This document shows, one piece after another, positions 9,415-20,597 of a stretch of 64,000 nucleotides of DNA (position 1 is the first letter of the stretch; each line of letters begins with the position of its first letter). The DNA is from Gemmatimonadota bacterium (GTDB taxonomy: Bacteria > Gemmatimonadota > Gemmatimonadetes > Gemmatimonadales > GWC2-71-9), in the NCBI GenBank assembly GCA_031382385.1, contig JANMYS010000078.1:71415-135414 (forward strand), written 5' to 3'. The position numbers and the translations under genes are program-made. Under the pieces are notes generated by a model, which was not told the DNA's origin, made no database searches, and saw only the letters and a program-made list of their open reading frames with translations.

Positions 9415-10470
9415 TCAGCCCACCAGCGGCATCTGCCCGGGGTCCGGGAACTCGGCCTGAAAGGCGGCGACCACTTCGGGGTCGAAGTGGGCCCCGGCGC
9501 AGGTGCGGATCTCTTCGCAGGCGCTTGCCGCGGAAAGCGAGGCGCGGTAGGAACGGTCGGTCGTCATCGCGTCAAAGGCGTCGGCCACGGCGACGATTCG
9601 CGCCGCCCAGGGAATGCGGTTCCCCTCCAGCCGGTCGGGGAAGCCGGCGCCGTCCACCCGTTCATGATGGGACCGCACGATGGACAGCACGGTGGGATTC
9701 TGCCGTCCCAGCGGCGCCAGGATGCGCTCGCCAAGCACGGTATGCTCGGTGATGTGACCGAATTCCTCCAGCGTGAGCGGACCCGGCTTGTGGAGGATGG
9801 CCTCCGGCGTCCCGATCTTGCCGATGTCATGCAGCTCCGCGCCCAGCCGGATGTCCTCCAGCGCCTGCCCGCCGAATCCCATGCGGCTCGCGATTCGGCT
9901 GGCGTAGTGGCTCACCCGGATCGAATGACCCCGGGTATACGGATCCCGCGCATCGAGGGCATGCACCAGGGTCTGCACGCCCTCGAGGAAGAGTTCCTTG
10001 AGCCGGATGGCCTGGTGGTCGACCAACTGTTCCAGATGCTGCTGGTAGAATCGATTCTGCAGCGTGAGGTCGCGCTTCTCCAGCGCTCGCTGGATCCGGG
10101 ACCGGATCTCGCCGAGCAGGGCGGGCTTGGTGATGTAGTCGAGCGCGCCCGCCAGCAGGCACTCCACCGCGGTCTCCGCCTCGCGGACTCCGCTCAGCAT
10201 CACCACCGCCATGTCCGGATGCCGCCGCCGCACCTCCCGCAGCAGGCCGAGCCCGCCCATCCCGGGCATCGAGACGTCCGAGATCAGCAGCGGCAGCTCG
10301 CCGGTCTGCTCGAGGATGGCCAGGGCTTCGGTGCCGGAGCCAGCCTCGAGGCAGGACACGCCCATGCCTTCGAGCACCTGCGCCATGGCCCGGCGCAGCT
10401 CGGCGTCGTCGTCCGCCAGAAGGCAAAGGATTGGCGACTCGGCACTGAACGACGGAATCTGCAGCGGCAT
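9415..10470 (-). CDS. Response regulator receiver + HD-GYP-type phosphohydrolase
   Basis: REC (LLADDD...LLISDVSMPGMGG), then HD domain (HDIGKIG, HHERVDGAGFP). Start set at ATG 10470. The GTG at 10524 is an alternative, with weaker third-position GC upstream. Confidence 0.85.
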   Translation of the reverse strand: MPLQIPSFSAESPILCLLADDDAELRRAMAQVLEGMGVSCLEAGSGTEALAILEQTGELPLLISDVSMPGMGGLGLLREVRRRHPDMAVVMLSGVREAETAVECLLAGALDYITKPALLGEIRSRIQRALEKRDLTLQNRFYQQHLEQLVDHQAIRLKELFLEGVQTLVHALDARDPYTRGHSIRVSHYASRIASRMGFGGQALEDIRLGAELHDIGKIGTPEAILHKPGPLTLEEFGHITEHTVLGERILAPLGRQNPTVLSIVRSHHERVDGAGFPDRLEGNRIPWAARIVAVADAFDAMTTDRSYRASLSAASACEEIRTCAGAHFDPEVVAAFQAEFPDPGQMPLVG

Positions 10471-10590
10471 GGCATCGGACCGCGCGGCGCGAGTGCGACG
10501 GCGCGAAATGTCGGGTGGGGTCACGCAGAACAGTGGGGCCCGTCGGCGCCAATGGCCGTGACGGGGGTCACGCCCTGGCCCGGCCCCGGG

Positions 10591-11655
10591 TCAGACTTCG
10601 ACGGGAAGCAGGCTCAGATCGGGAAAGGCTGCCTTGAATGCCTGCACCACTTCGGGATCGAACTGGCTCGGGGTGCACCGATCCAGCTCTTTCATGGCGT
10701 CGACCGGGAGGCGCGAGTCGCGGTACGCCCGGTTGGTGGTCATGGCGTCGAACGCGTCCACCACGCAGACGATCCGGGCTTCGATGGAGATAGTCTCCCC
10801 CACCAGCTTGTCGGGGAAGCCCCGCCCGTCCATCCGCTCGTGATGGTTGCGGACGATGCGAAGCACGGTGGGATTCTCCCGCGCGAGCGGTGCCAGGATC
10901 CGTTCGCCCAGCACCACATGCTCCGCGATGTGCTGGAACTCCTCGTCGGTGAGCTTGCCGGGCTTGTTGAGGATGGCCTCGCGCGTCCCGATCTTGCCGA
11001 TATCGTGCAACTCCGCTCCGAGCCGGATCTCCTCTAGCCGGTCCCCGGTGAAGCCGAGGCGGATGGCGGTCTGGGCGGCGTAGCGGCTGACCCGGGCGGA
11101 GTGACCGCGGGTGTAGGAGTCCTTGGCTTCCAGCGCATGGGCCAGCGTCTGCACGCCCTGCAGGAAGAGTTCGCGGATCCGGGTCGCCTGCACTCGGACC
11201 CGCAGTTCGAGGTTCTTCTGATAGAAACGCTTCTGCAGCGTGAGGTCCCGCTTCTCCAGTGCCTTGGCGACGCGGACCCGGACCTCCTCCACCATCGCGG
11301 GCTTGGCGATGTAGTCCAGCGCGCCCCGGTCGAGACAGGTCACGGCGGTCTGCACATTGGAGACGCCGCTCAGCATGATCACCGCGGTGTCGGGATAGAG
11401 GTGCAGTACCTCCTCGAGGAAGGCGAGGCCGTTCATCCCCGGCATATTGATGTCGCTGATGATGAGCGGGACTTCGCCCTCCTCCGCCAGCAGCGCCAGC
11501 CCGGCCTCCGCCCCATCGGCTTCCAGCGGGGCGAGCCCCTGCAGCTGGATCACCTTGGCGATGCTGCGACGCACCGCCGCGTCATCGTCCACCACGAGGC
11601 AGCGGGGCGCGAGGGCCTTCGGATCCAGCCGTTCCGCGATCGATTCGAGTAGCAT
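10591..11655 (-). CDS. Response regulator receiver + HD-GYP-type phosphohydrolase (tandem paralogue)
   Basis: MLLESIAERL...VVDDD...IISDINMPGMNG, then HDIGKIG, HHERMDGRGFP. Internal ATG at 11655 chosen over the track start at 11754. Confidence 0.85.
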   Translation of the reverse strand: MLLESIAERLDPKALAPRCLVVDDDAAVRRSIAKVIQLQGLAPLEADGAEAGLALLAEEGEVPLIISDINMPGMNGLAFLEEVLHLYPDTAVIMLSGVSNVQTAVTCLDRGALDYIAKPAMVEEVRVRVAKALEKRDLTLQKRFYQKNLELRVRVQATRIRELFLQGVQTLAHALEAKDSYTRGHSARVSRYAAQTAIRLGFTGDRLEEIRLGAELHDIGKIGTREAILNKPGKLTDEEFQHIAEHVVLGERILAPLARENPTVLRIVRNHHERMDGRGFPDKLVGETISIEARIVCVVDAFDAMTTNRAYRDSRLPVDAMKELDRCTPSQFDPEVVQAFKAAFPDLSLLPVEV

Positions 11656-11747
11656 CAGCCCGCTCCTCCCCCGCCAGTCGACGCCAGTGTGCCTTGCCGG
11701 CCGCGGAGCCGCCGGATTACGTTCCCGCCCTCTCTCACCCCACCCGC

Positions 11748-12911
11748 ATGACACAACTCGCGCCCGACGATCACCCGACCGGCTTTGCCACCCGGGCGGT
11801 CCACGCCGGTCCGGTGCCGGATCCGCTCGCTGGCGCGGTCATGCCGCCGATCTACCAGACCTCGACCTACATCCAGGACGGACTTGGCCGCCACAAGGGC
11901 TACGAGTACGCCCGGACCCAGAATCCGACCCGGGAGGCGCTGGAACGCGCGGTGGCCAGCCTTGAGGGCGGCACCCATGGCTTTGCGTTCGCCTCCGGGC
12001 TCGCCGCGCTCGACACCATCCTGAAGCTGTTCAGCGCGGGCGACCACATCGTCGCCGGCTCCAACCTGTACGGCGGCTCCCACCGCCTGATGGAGCGGGT
12101 GTACGAGCGGCTCGGCCTGCGGTTCACCTTCGTCGACATGCGGGATCCCGCCGCCGTCGCCCGCGTCCTCACGCCGGCGACGCGGATGATCTACGCCGAG
12201 ACGCCGACCAACCCGATGATGTTCCTGACCGATCTCGCCGCCATCGGCGACATCGCTCAGGCGCGCGGGGCGGTCTTTGTGGTCGACAACACCTTTGCCA
12301 CCCCCTATTTCCAGCAGCCCCTCGCACTCGGCGCCGACGTCGTGCTGCACTCCACGACCAAGTATCTCAACGGTCACAGCGACATGATCGGCGGCATGCT
12401 GGTGACCCGGCGTGACGACCTCGCGGAGCGAATCGGCTACCTGCAGAACGCCGCCGGCGGCGTTCCGGGTCCGATGGACTGCTGGCTCTGCCTCCGGGGC
12501 CTCAAGACGCTCCCGCTCCGGATGCGGCAGCATGATGCCAGCGGCCGTGAGATCGCCGAGTGGCTGACGCGGCACAAGCGGGTGAAGCATGTCTACTACC
12601 CCGGCCTCCCGACCCATCCGCAGTACGAACTGGCCAAACGGCAGATGCGCGGGTTCGGCGGCATGATCTCGATCGAGCTGGGCGACGCCGATCTCGCCCG
12701 GCGCGTGGTTGAACGGACCCGGATCTTCGCGCTGGCAGAGTCGCTCGGCGGCGTCGAGAGCCTGATCGGCCATCCGGCCAGCATGACCCACGCGGCGGTG
12801 CCGCTGGCGCTCCGCCAGGAGATGGGACTCACCGACAGCCTGGTGCGACTCTCCTGCGGCATCGAAGACACCGCCGACCTGATGGCGGACCTGGAGCAGG
12901 CCATGGCGTAG
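11748..12911 (+). CDS. Cys/Met-metabolism PLP enzyme (cystathionine gamma-synthase/lyase family)
   Basis: TRAVHAG..., STTKYLNGHSD (PLP lysine), SLGGVESL. ATG at 11748. Confidence 0.9.
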   Translation: MTQLAPDDHPTGFATRAVHAGPVPDPLAGAVMPPIYQTSTYIQDGLGRHKGYEYARTQNPTREALERAVASLEGGTHGFAFASGLAALDTILKLFSAGDHIVAGSNLYGGSHRLMERVYERLGLRFTFVDMRDPAAVARVLTPATRMIYAETPTNPMMFLTDLAAIGDIAQARGAVFVVDNTFATPYFQQPLALGADVVLHSTTKYLNGHSDMIGGMLVTRRDDLAERIGYLQNAAGGVPGPMDCWLCLRGLKTLPLRMRQHDASGREIAEWLTRHKRVKHVYYPGLPTHPQYELAKRQMRGFGGMISIELGDADLARRVVERTRIFALAESLGGVESLIGHPASMTHAAVPLALRQEMGLTDSLVRLSCGIEDTADLMADLEQAMA

Positions 12912-13037
12912 GCGGCTGCATCGGCCTGCCGCGCAACCGCAGCTGCCGACTCCCGCAAACGCACTCGGTAGCCGTCTCACCATGAAACCATCCCCCGGAC
13001 AGGGCGTACGGACCCCGCCCTCAGCCCAGAGACCACG

Positions 13038-14042
13038 ATGACCATGCCCGCCCCGCGCCCCCGGCGCACACTCCCAGAAATCGCCGCCGTGAGCTGGGAG
13101 CACCCCGCCGACCGCGCCGCGCTGCAGGCCCTGCGGTCGGTTCCGGGCTTTGAAGAAATCACGCGCAAGCTCCTGGCATTTCTCGGTGGTGAGCGCGGCA
13201 TCCGGCTGCTGTTCCAGGCCAATGCGGTGCGGGTCGGGCCAACCCAGTTTCCGAAGCTCTGGACCACCCATGTCGAAGTGTGCACGACATTCGACTGGGT
13301 CGAGATCCCCGAGCTCTATGTCTCCCAGACACCAGTGTTCAATGCCGGCGCCTACGGGATCGACCACCCATTTATCGTCCTGCACTCCGCTGCACTTGAA
13401 TTGCTGGACGATGACGAAGTGCGGGTCCTCCTGGCCCATGAGCTGGGGCATGTGATGAGCGGGCATGCGTTCTACCGCACGATCGCCGCGATCCTCTTTC
13501 TGGTGAGCGCCTCCGCCCTGCCCTTTCTGGCCGGTATCGCGTTGCTGCCAGTGCGGTTGGCCTTCCTCGAGTGGTCCCGCAAGGCCGAGCTCTCCGCCGA
13601 TCGGGCCGGCCTGCTCGGCGGGCAGGACCCGCTCGCCTCACAGCGCCTGTTCCTGAACATGGCCGGCGGCGTTCGCCCGCCCCAGTACGCCGGCCAGCTC
13701 GACCTCGACACGTTCATGGCCCAGGCGCACGAGTACACCACCAGCAACGACGGCTTCGATGTGGTCTACAAGGTGATGAGCACCCTGATGCTCACCCATC
13801 CGATGCACACGGTACGGGCCGCTGAGCTGCAGCAGTGGATCGCCGGGGGAGCCTACGACCGGATCCTGCGCGGCGAGTATGTCCGGCGCGGCGCGGCCGG
13901 CGACCGCCCGCTCACCGACGATTTCTCCGCCGCCAAGGAGTATTACGCCGGCGAGGCGAAGGAGACCTTCGGCCAGGTGGTCGATGCAGCCAAGAAGGCC
14001 GCGGGTCGGGTGGGCGACGCCTTCAAGAAGTCACAGAAGTAA
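13038..14042 (+). CDS. M48 family zinc metallopeptidase
   Basis: HELGHVMSGH plus downstream KAELSADRAG glutamate ligand region; hydrophobic segments. Confidence 0.8.
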   Translation: MTMPAPRPRRTLPEIAAVSWEHPADRAALQALRSVPGFEEITRKLLAFLGGERGIRLLFQANAVRVGPTQFPKLWTTHVEVCTTFDWVEIPELYVSQTPVFNAGAYGIDHPFIVLHSAALELLDDDEVRVLLAHELGHVMSGHAFYRTIAAILFLVSASALPFLAGIALLPVRLAFLEWSRKAELSADRAGLLGGQDPLASQRLFLNMAGGVRPPQYAGQLDLDTFMAQAHEYTTSNDGFDVVYKVMSTLMLTHPMHTVRAAELQQWIAGGAYDRILRGEYVRRGAAGDRPLTDDFSAAKEYYAGEAKETFGQVVDAAKKAAGRVGDAFKKSQK

Positions 14043-15313
14043 TGCGGCTGCTGGTCGTCGGCGGCGGGGGCCGGGAGCACGCAATCGTCTCGGCGCTCCA
14101 CCACGAAGACCCCACCGCCACGATCTACTGCGCCCCGGGCAATCCCGGGACCGCCGAGTTCGGCACCAACCTCCCCATCAGTGCCACGGATATCGACCGG
14201 CTGGCCGACGCTGCCGATGCCTACGGTATCGACCTGACGATCGTCGGGCCGGAGGGACCGCTCGCGCTCGGGCTTGCCGATCGCTTGCGGGCCGAAGGCC
14301 GCGTGGTCTTCGGACCGAGCCGCGCGGCGGCGGAGATCGAGGCCTCAAAGGCCTTTTCCAAGGATGTCATGGTGTGCGCGGGCGTGGCGACTGCTGCCAG
14401 CGCCACCTTTACCGACCTGGCCGCCGCGCTGGCGTATGTCGCCGCTCATGCGGAACCGCTGGTGGTAAAGGCGTCGGGACTCGCGGCCGGCAAGGGCGCG
14501 ATAGTCTGCCTCACTCGTCTTGAAGCCGCTGATGCCGTGCGATCGATGCTGGGCGAGAAGAAGTTCGGCACCGCGGGCGAGGTCGTCGTCATCGAGGATT
14601 TCATGCCCGGCGAGGAGCTCTCGCTGCTGGCCATCACCAACGGCAGCGACATCACCCTCCTTCCCGCCGCGCAGGATCACAAGCGCCTCGGTGAGGGCGA
14701 CACCGGCCCCAACACCGGCGGCATGGGCGCCTACAGCCCCGTCGCGCTCGGCACGCCGGAGCTGCTCGACCGCGCGGTGCGCGAGGTGCTGCGACCGACG
14801 CTGATGGAACTGGCGCGGCGCGGCACACCCTACAACGGCGTGCTCTACGCGGGGTTGATGATCGGGCCGGACGGCGGACTCCGGGTGGTGGAGTTCAACT
14901 GCCGCCTGGGCGACCCGGAAACGCAGGTCGTGCTGCCCCTCGTGACCAGCGGCCTGACTCAGTGCCTCTGGCGCACCGCGCGGGGCGAAGCACCCGGGCT
15001 GCTCACGATCGCAGACGCCCACGCCGTCACCACCGTGCTCGCCGCCGAGGGCTATCCCGACGATCCGAAGAAGGGCGCCGCCATCACGATTCCGGCGACC
15101 TTCCCCGCCGGCGTGAGTGTCTTTCACGCCGGCACGGCGCGCGGCGCCGACGGGATCCTCCGCGTGAACGGTGGCCGTGTGCTGAACGTGACCGCCGTAG
15201 CCCCCACCTTCCGCGAGGCCCAGCGCCTCAGCCGGGAAACGGCGGGGCGAATCGAGTACACCGGAAAGGTCTACCGGCGCGACATCGGCTGGCGGGAGGC
15301 AGCCCGCGGCTAG
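14042..15313 (+). CDS. purD: Phosphoribosylamine--glycine ligase
   Basis: ATG 14042 overlaps the upstream TAA (TAATG). MRLLVVGGGGREHAI..., ATP-grasp motifs, GGRVLNVTA. Confidence 0.95.
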   Translation: MRLLVVGGGGREHAIVSALHHEDPTATIYCAPGNPGTAEFGTNLPISATDIDRLADAADAYGIDLTIVGPEGPLALGLADRLRAEGRVVFGPSRAAAEIEASKAFSKDVMVCAGVATAASATFTDLAAALAYVAAHAEPLVVKASGLAAGKGAIVCLTRLEAADAVRSMLGEKKFGTAGEVVVIEDFMPGEELSLLAITNGSDITLLPAAQDHKRLGEGDTGPNTGGMGAYSPVALGTPELLDRAVREVLRPTLMELARRGTPYNGVLYAGLMIGPDGGLRVVEFNCRLGDPETQVVLPLVTSGLTQCLWRTARGEAPGLLTIADAHAVTTVLAAEGYPDDPKKGAAITIPATFPAGVSVFHAGTARGADGILRVNGGRVLNVTAVAPTFREAQRLSRETAGRIEYTGKVYRRDIGWREAARG

Positions 15314-15341
15314 TTCCCTCCCAATCCCGTTCCCATTTCCA

Positions 15342-15379
15342 TTCCCACCCCGTTGGGACCCTCCCAAAGTTTTGGGAAC
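15342..15379 (+). promoter_or_regulatory. Four-half-site palindromic motif TTCCCA-N5-TTGGGA-N3-TCCCAA-N4-TTGGGAAC (copy 1)
   Basis: attcccaccccgttgggaccctcccaaagttttgggaac. Same architecture and orientation-to-gene as the copy at 18973-19010. Lies about 100 nt upstream of the sigma-54-like promoter. Confidence 0.5.
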
Positions 15380-15476
15380 GATCCGATCGATCCGGCTTCC
15401 AATCTCGCCTCGAGAATATCGCTCAAGTCAATATTGGCAAAGTGTTTAGCAAAGAGTTTGGCGGGGAGCTCGTGCG

Positions 15477-15492
15477 TGGCACCCGCCCTGCT
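15477..15492 (+). promoter_or_regulatory. Candidate sigma-54 (-24/-12) promoter upstream of ECF sigma gene
   Basis: TGGCACccgccCTGCT. The GG-to-GC spacing matches the consensus TGGCACG-N4-TTGC. Lies 67 nt upstream of ATG 15559. Confidence 0.45.
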
Positions 15493-15558
15493 TTTACAGG
15501 AGGCGACGCCACGACGGCGTTGAAGTGAGCCCCCGGCCCGCGACGCGAAAGATTCGCC

Positions 15559-16185
15559 ATGTCCACCTCACCTGACACCATCGAGACCCAGCCAGCCACC
15601 ATCGAGGCGCTGCTTCTGCCCGTGCTCGGGCCAGCCTACCGGACCGCTTACCACCTCACCCGCGATGCATGCGACGCCGAGGATGCGGTGCAGCAGGCAG
15701 CGGTCCTGGCCTGCCGCGGCTTCGATGGATTCGAGCAGGGCTCGAACTTCCGGGCCTGGTTCCTCCGGATCGTGACGAACGTCTGTCTCTCCGACTACCG
15801 GCGGCGGCGGCGCTCCCCCGTCGCGCGTTCACTGGACGAGCCAACCGGTGAGAGCGAGCTCACCCCCGCCGAGATGCTTCCGGGGCCGTCGGCGGACCGT
15901 CCCGATATCGGCCTGGTGCAACGGCTGGACGCAGCGCAGATCTCCAGCGCGCTCGCGGCGCTACCGGAGGAGTTCCGTACCGTGACGACGCTGTATTTCG
16001 TGGAGGAGTTGTCGTATCAGGAAATCTCGGAAATCGTGAACTGCCCGATCGGCACGGTGCGCTCGCGGCTGCACCGCGGCCGCAAGCTACTGCAGGCGGC
16101 GCTCCTGGAGCTGGCGGAGGAACGCGGCATCGGGCGGGGGCGGGTGTCGGTGGATGCGGGGGAAGCCACCAGCCTGGTCGCGTGA
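15559..16185 (+). CDS. ECF-type RNA polymerase sigma factor (no adjacent anti-sigma gene)
   Basis: Sigma-70 region 2 (FRAWFLRIVTNVCLSDYRRR) and region 4 (LSYQEISEIVNCPIGTVRSRLHRGRKLL). Confidence 0.9.
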   Translation: MSTSPDTIETQPATIEALLLPVLGPAYRTAYHLTRDACDAEDAVQQAAVLACRGFDGFEQGSNFRAWFLRIVTNVCLSDYRRRRRSPVARSLDEPTGESELTPAEMLPGPSADRPDIGLVQRLDAAQISSALAALPEEFRTVTTLYFVEELSYQEISEIVNCPIGTVRSRLHRGRKLLQAALLELAEERGIGRGRVSVDAGEATSLVA

Positions 16186-16204
16186 CCAGGCTGCACCAGA
16201 AGGT

Positions 16205-18898
16205 TCAGCGGCCGCCTGGCTTGGGGTTGTTGAGCAGCCAGATATCGGACTGGGCTTCCACATGGGAGAAGAGTACCGTTCGCCCGTCTCCACTGATGTC
16301 CTCAACAAGGTCACCCCGATCGAGCTTCAGGAGCGGCTGCAATTGCCCCGTTTCAAGGGTAAGGACGGAGACGAGCGGCGCATTGCCGTCTCGGCCGCCA
16401 CGCGCGACAAAGAGGTGGCGCCCATCCGCCGACCAGCCCAGCGGCTCGAGCAGGGTGGCGGCGACGAGTGGCCGGGCCGCCGTCCCACCGAACGGGGCGA
16501 GCCAGACTCCGCGATTTGTCTCTCGGGCCCAGAAGAACGCGAGCTGCTTGCCGTCAGGCGACACCTTCGGCGCAAAGACAAAACCGGCAGTAGTATCGAT
16601 GGCCACCATGGGTGCGACCTCACCTGTCATCGTATCGACCAGGGAAAATCCGCGATTGCCCGCGACCTGATAGACCACCCGACCATCCTTCAGCCACGTC
16701 AGGACGGCGCTGCTGCGGGCGGAGGGCAGCTGCTTGCGTGTGCCGTTGCGAGGCTGAATCACCGTCACCGATGCCGGTCGCTCCCCGGTTTCCGTGGTCA
16801 CCGCCAGGGCCTCCCCGTCGGCCGACCACCCCAGCCCGACCGCCCCGGCGCTCCCGTCCAGCGGTGCCTCGATCATCGAACGCAGCGGCAAGAGCTGCAC
16901 CGTCCCCTCGCCGTCAGTCACGCGGATGAAGGCGAGCAGGCTGTCGCCGGGCGCGAAGCGGGCGGAGTAGTTGTACGCGGTACCGTTGGTCAGCGCCAAG
17001 GGGGAAGTCCCCGTGGTCGAACGGATCCAGAGGTTTGACGATTTCACCGAGCGCAAGTAGCTGAGGCGACGACCGTCACTGGTGAGGGAAAGGCTGGCTG
17101 CCGTCGGCAGGCCTGGAGTGCGGTCCCCGATGTCGAGCCCTGCCGCCACCTCCTCCGGTGCCCCTTTCCGCTCACAGTCGCCTGAAACATTGAGACGTCG
17201 CAGCGCCTGCAGCGAACCCTCCTGGCGCAGATAGTAGAGCGCGTCTCCTCCGGTGGGCCAGACCGGGGCGCTGAGCTCGACGCTGTCCTGCACCAGCAGG
17301 TGGGTGCTGCGCCCGTCCGTCGACAGGCAGGCGATGGCAGTCCGCCTTGCATCGAACCCGAGCAGCGTCAGCGCGATCCACTTGCCGCGTGGGGCCCACG
17401 CGGCGCCCACCGACCAGCGGAAGCCGGCCGGGGATCGGATGCTCGTGGTGTCGCCCGTCGCGAGATTGCGGATGGAAAGGTCCGCAGTCGAAGCGCGGAA
17501 GCTGGCGAGGGACTGGTCATCGGCGGAAAAAGCGGGATAGTCACCGACCATCGGGGCGATGTAGCGCGGCTGCCCTCCCAGCCGCGGGATCCCACGCACC
17601 ACGGAGATGCCAGGCGCCTCGTAGGCCACGAACCGCAACTCGGTGCCGTCCCGGGACCATGATGGATACCGCAGGTGCAGCCCCATCGTGAGCCAGCGCG
17701 GCATGCCGCCACTGGCCTCCTGCACGCCAAGCCGGGTCGAGTCCCCGGGCCCGCGGGCCACCAGGGCGATGAACTGCCCGTCAGGCGAGAGCGCCGCCTC
17801 GGTGACGGTGCCGAGGATCGTCGCCTGCCGGAGTTCCAGCGGGTGCATCATCATCGTCCGCGCGCCGTTGGCGAGGAGCCCGATAGCGACAAGGCCCAGC
17901 AGTGCCACGGTCACCAGCAGCCAGCGGGGCAGGAGCGGCGATTCCGCGCGCACCGGGCTCACACTCGCCGGCGTCACGCCGCCGGAGGAGGTGCTGAACG
18001 GCTCGAGCTGGGCGACCACTTCGGCCGCGCTCGACCACCGATCGGCCGGCCGCTTGGCCAGGCAGCGCAACAGCACCGCCGCAAGCGCTGGCGGGACTTC
18101 GGGCCGCAAAGTCTCGATGGGTTCGGGATCGTCCAGCACCTGTGCGGTCAGCAGCTCATGGACCGTCGCCCCGGTGAAAGGCGGACGCCCCGTCAGCATC
18201 TCGTAACCCAGAATCCCCAGCGCGTAGATGTCGACCCGGTGATCGAGCGCTGGATCGGCGGTGGCCTGCTCGGGGGCCATGTAGGCCGGCGTGCCAAGCG
18301 CTACGCCCCCGGTCAGCTCCGGAGTTGCGATGACCGAGGCGCTCACCGCTTTCGCGACACCGAAGTCCATCACCACCGCGTGGCGCCCCGTCAGCATGAT
18401 GTTGTCGGGCTTGATATCGCGGTGGACCACCCCTTTCTCGTGGGCATAGGCGAGGGCATCGGCGACATCCGACAGGATGCGGATTACGTCGGTGAGCGGC
18501 AGGCGTCCCTCCCGCGCCAGCCGCGCCCGCAGGCTCTCCCCCTCCACGTACGGCATGACGAAGTAGAGCAACTCGGAGGTCGGCGCCATGGAGTCATGCG
18601 GCCTGTCGCCCCGATCCTGCCAGCCTGTCCAGCCGCCCTGGAACGGGGCACGGCCGGAATCCAGCAGGGGCAGGATATGGGGATGCTGCAGCCGGGCGAT
18701 GACGGCGATTTCGCGCAGGAAGCGCTCGGCGCCGAGTGAGATGGAGAACTCGGGCCGCAGGACCTTGATGGCGACCTGCCGCTGGTGCTTCACATCCTCG
18801 GCCAGGTAGACCTGCGCCATCCCCCCGCCCCCGAGCTCCCGCACAGGCTGGTACCGGTCGCCGAGGGCGACGCGAAGGTGGGCAAAGCTGTCGGTCAT
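16205..18898 (-). CDS. Ser/Thr protein kinase with TM segment and TolB-like beta-propeller C-terminal region
   Basis: Kinase motifs [43 protein letters not shown]. Repeated SPDG/SADG propeller-like blocks. Confidence 0.92.
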   Translation of the reverse strand: MTDSFAHLRVALGDRYQPVRELGGGGMAQVYLAEDVKHQRQVAIKVLRPEFSISLGAERFLREIAVIARLQHPHILPLLDSGRAPFQGGWTGWQDRGDRPHDSMAPTSELLYFVMPYVEGESLRARLAREGRLPLTDVIRILSDVADALAYAHEKGVVHRDIKPDNIMLTGRHAVVMDFGVAKAVSASVIATPELTGGVALGTPAYMAPEQATADPALDHRVDIYALGILGYEMLTGRPPFTGATVHELLTAQVLDDPEPIETLRPEVPPALAAVLLRCLAKRPADRWSSAAEVVAQLEPFSTSSGGVTPASVSPVRAESPLLPRWLLVTVALLGLVAIGLLANGARTMMMHPLELRQATILGTVTEAALSPDGQFIALVARGPGDSTRLGVQEASGGMPRWLTMGLHLRYPSWSRDGTELRFVAYEAPGISVVRGIPRLGGQPRYIAPMVGDYPAFSADDQSLASFRASTADLSIRNLATGDTTSIRSPAGFRWSVGAAWAPRGKWIALTLLGFDARRTAIACLSTDGRSTHLLVQDSVELSAPVWPTGGDALYYLRQEGSLQALRRLNVSGDCERKGAPEEVAAGLDIGDRTPGLPTAASLSLTSDGRRLSYLRSVKSSNLWIRSTTGTSPLALTNGTAYNYSARFAPGDSLLAFIRVTDGEGTVQLLPLRSMIEAPLDGSAGAVGLGWSADGEALAVTTETGERPASVTVIQPRNGTRKQLPSARSSAVLTWLKDGRVVYQVAGNRGFSLVDTMTGEVAPMVAIDTTAGFVFAPKVSPDGKQLAFFWARETNRGVWLAPFGGTAARPLVAATLLEPLGWSADGRHLFVARGGRDGNAPLVSVLTLETGQLQPLLKLDRGDLVEDISGDGRTVLFSHVEAQSDIWLLNNPKPGGR

Positions 18899-18972
18899 GA
18901 GTCCGAGTGCTCGAGGGAAGCCGGCCGATCAGGCCCGGTGCTGTCACTACCAACTCCGGGCCCGCCCGGTAA

Positions 18973-19010
18973 GTTCCCAACATCTTGGGAGGGTTCCCAA
19001 CCGAATGGGA
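18973..19010 (-). promoter_or_regulatory. Four-half-site palindromic motif (copy 2, minus orientation)
   Basis: Reverse complement reads TTCCCAttcggTTGGGAacccTCCCAAgatgTTGGGAAC. Lies 75 nt upstream of kinase ATG 18898 and 58 nt upstream of activator ATG 19068. Confidence 0.5.
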
Positions 19011-19067
19011 ACCATCCGGCTCGATCTCGACTTATTGGGGGAGAAGCCCATCCCCCAGGTCCATGAT

Positions 19068-20552
<1,485 letters not shown>

Positions 20553-20597
20553 CAGCAGGCGGTAGGCGGCCCGGGTGGAGGTGCGTACATTCCGCCC

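Noticed and set aside
15433-15450. Second sigma-54-like box TTGGCA-aagtgtt-TAGCA
   Set aside because: The GG-to-GC spacing is one nucleotide too long. It is retained only as part of the AT-rich patch description.
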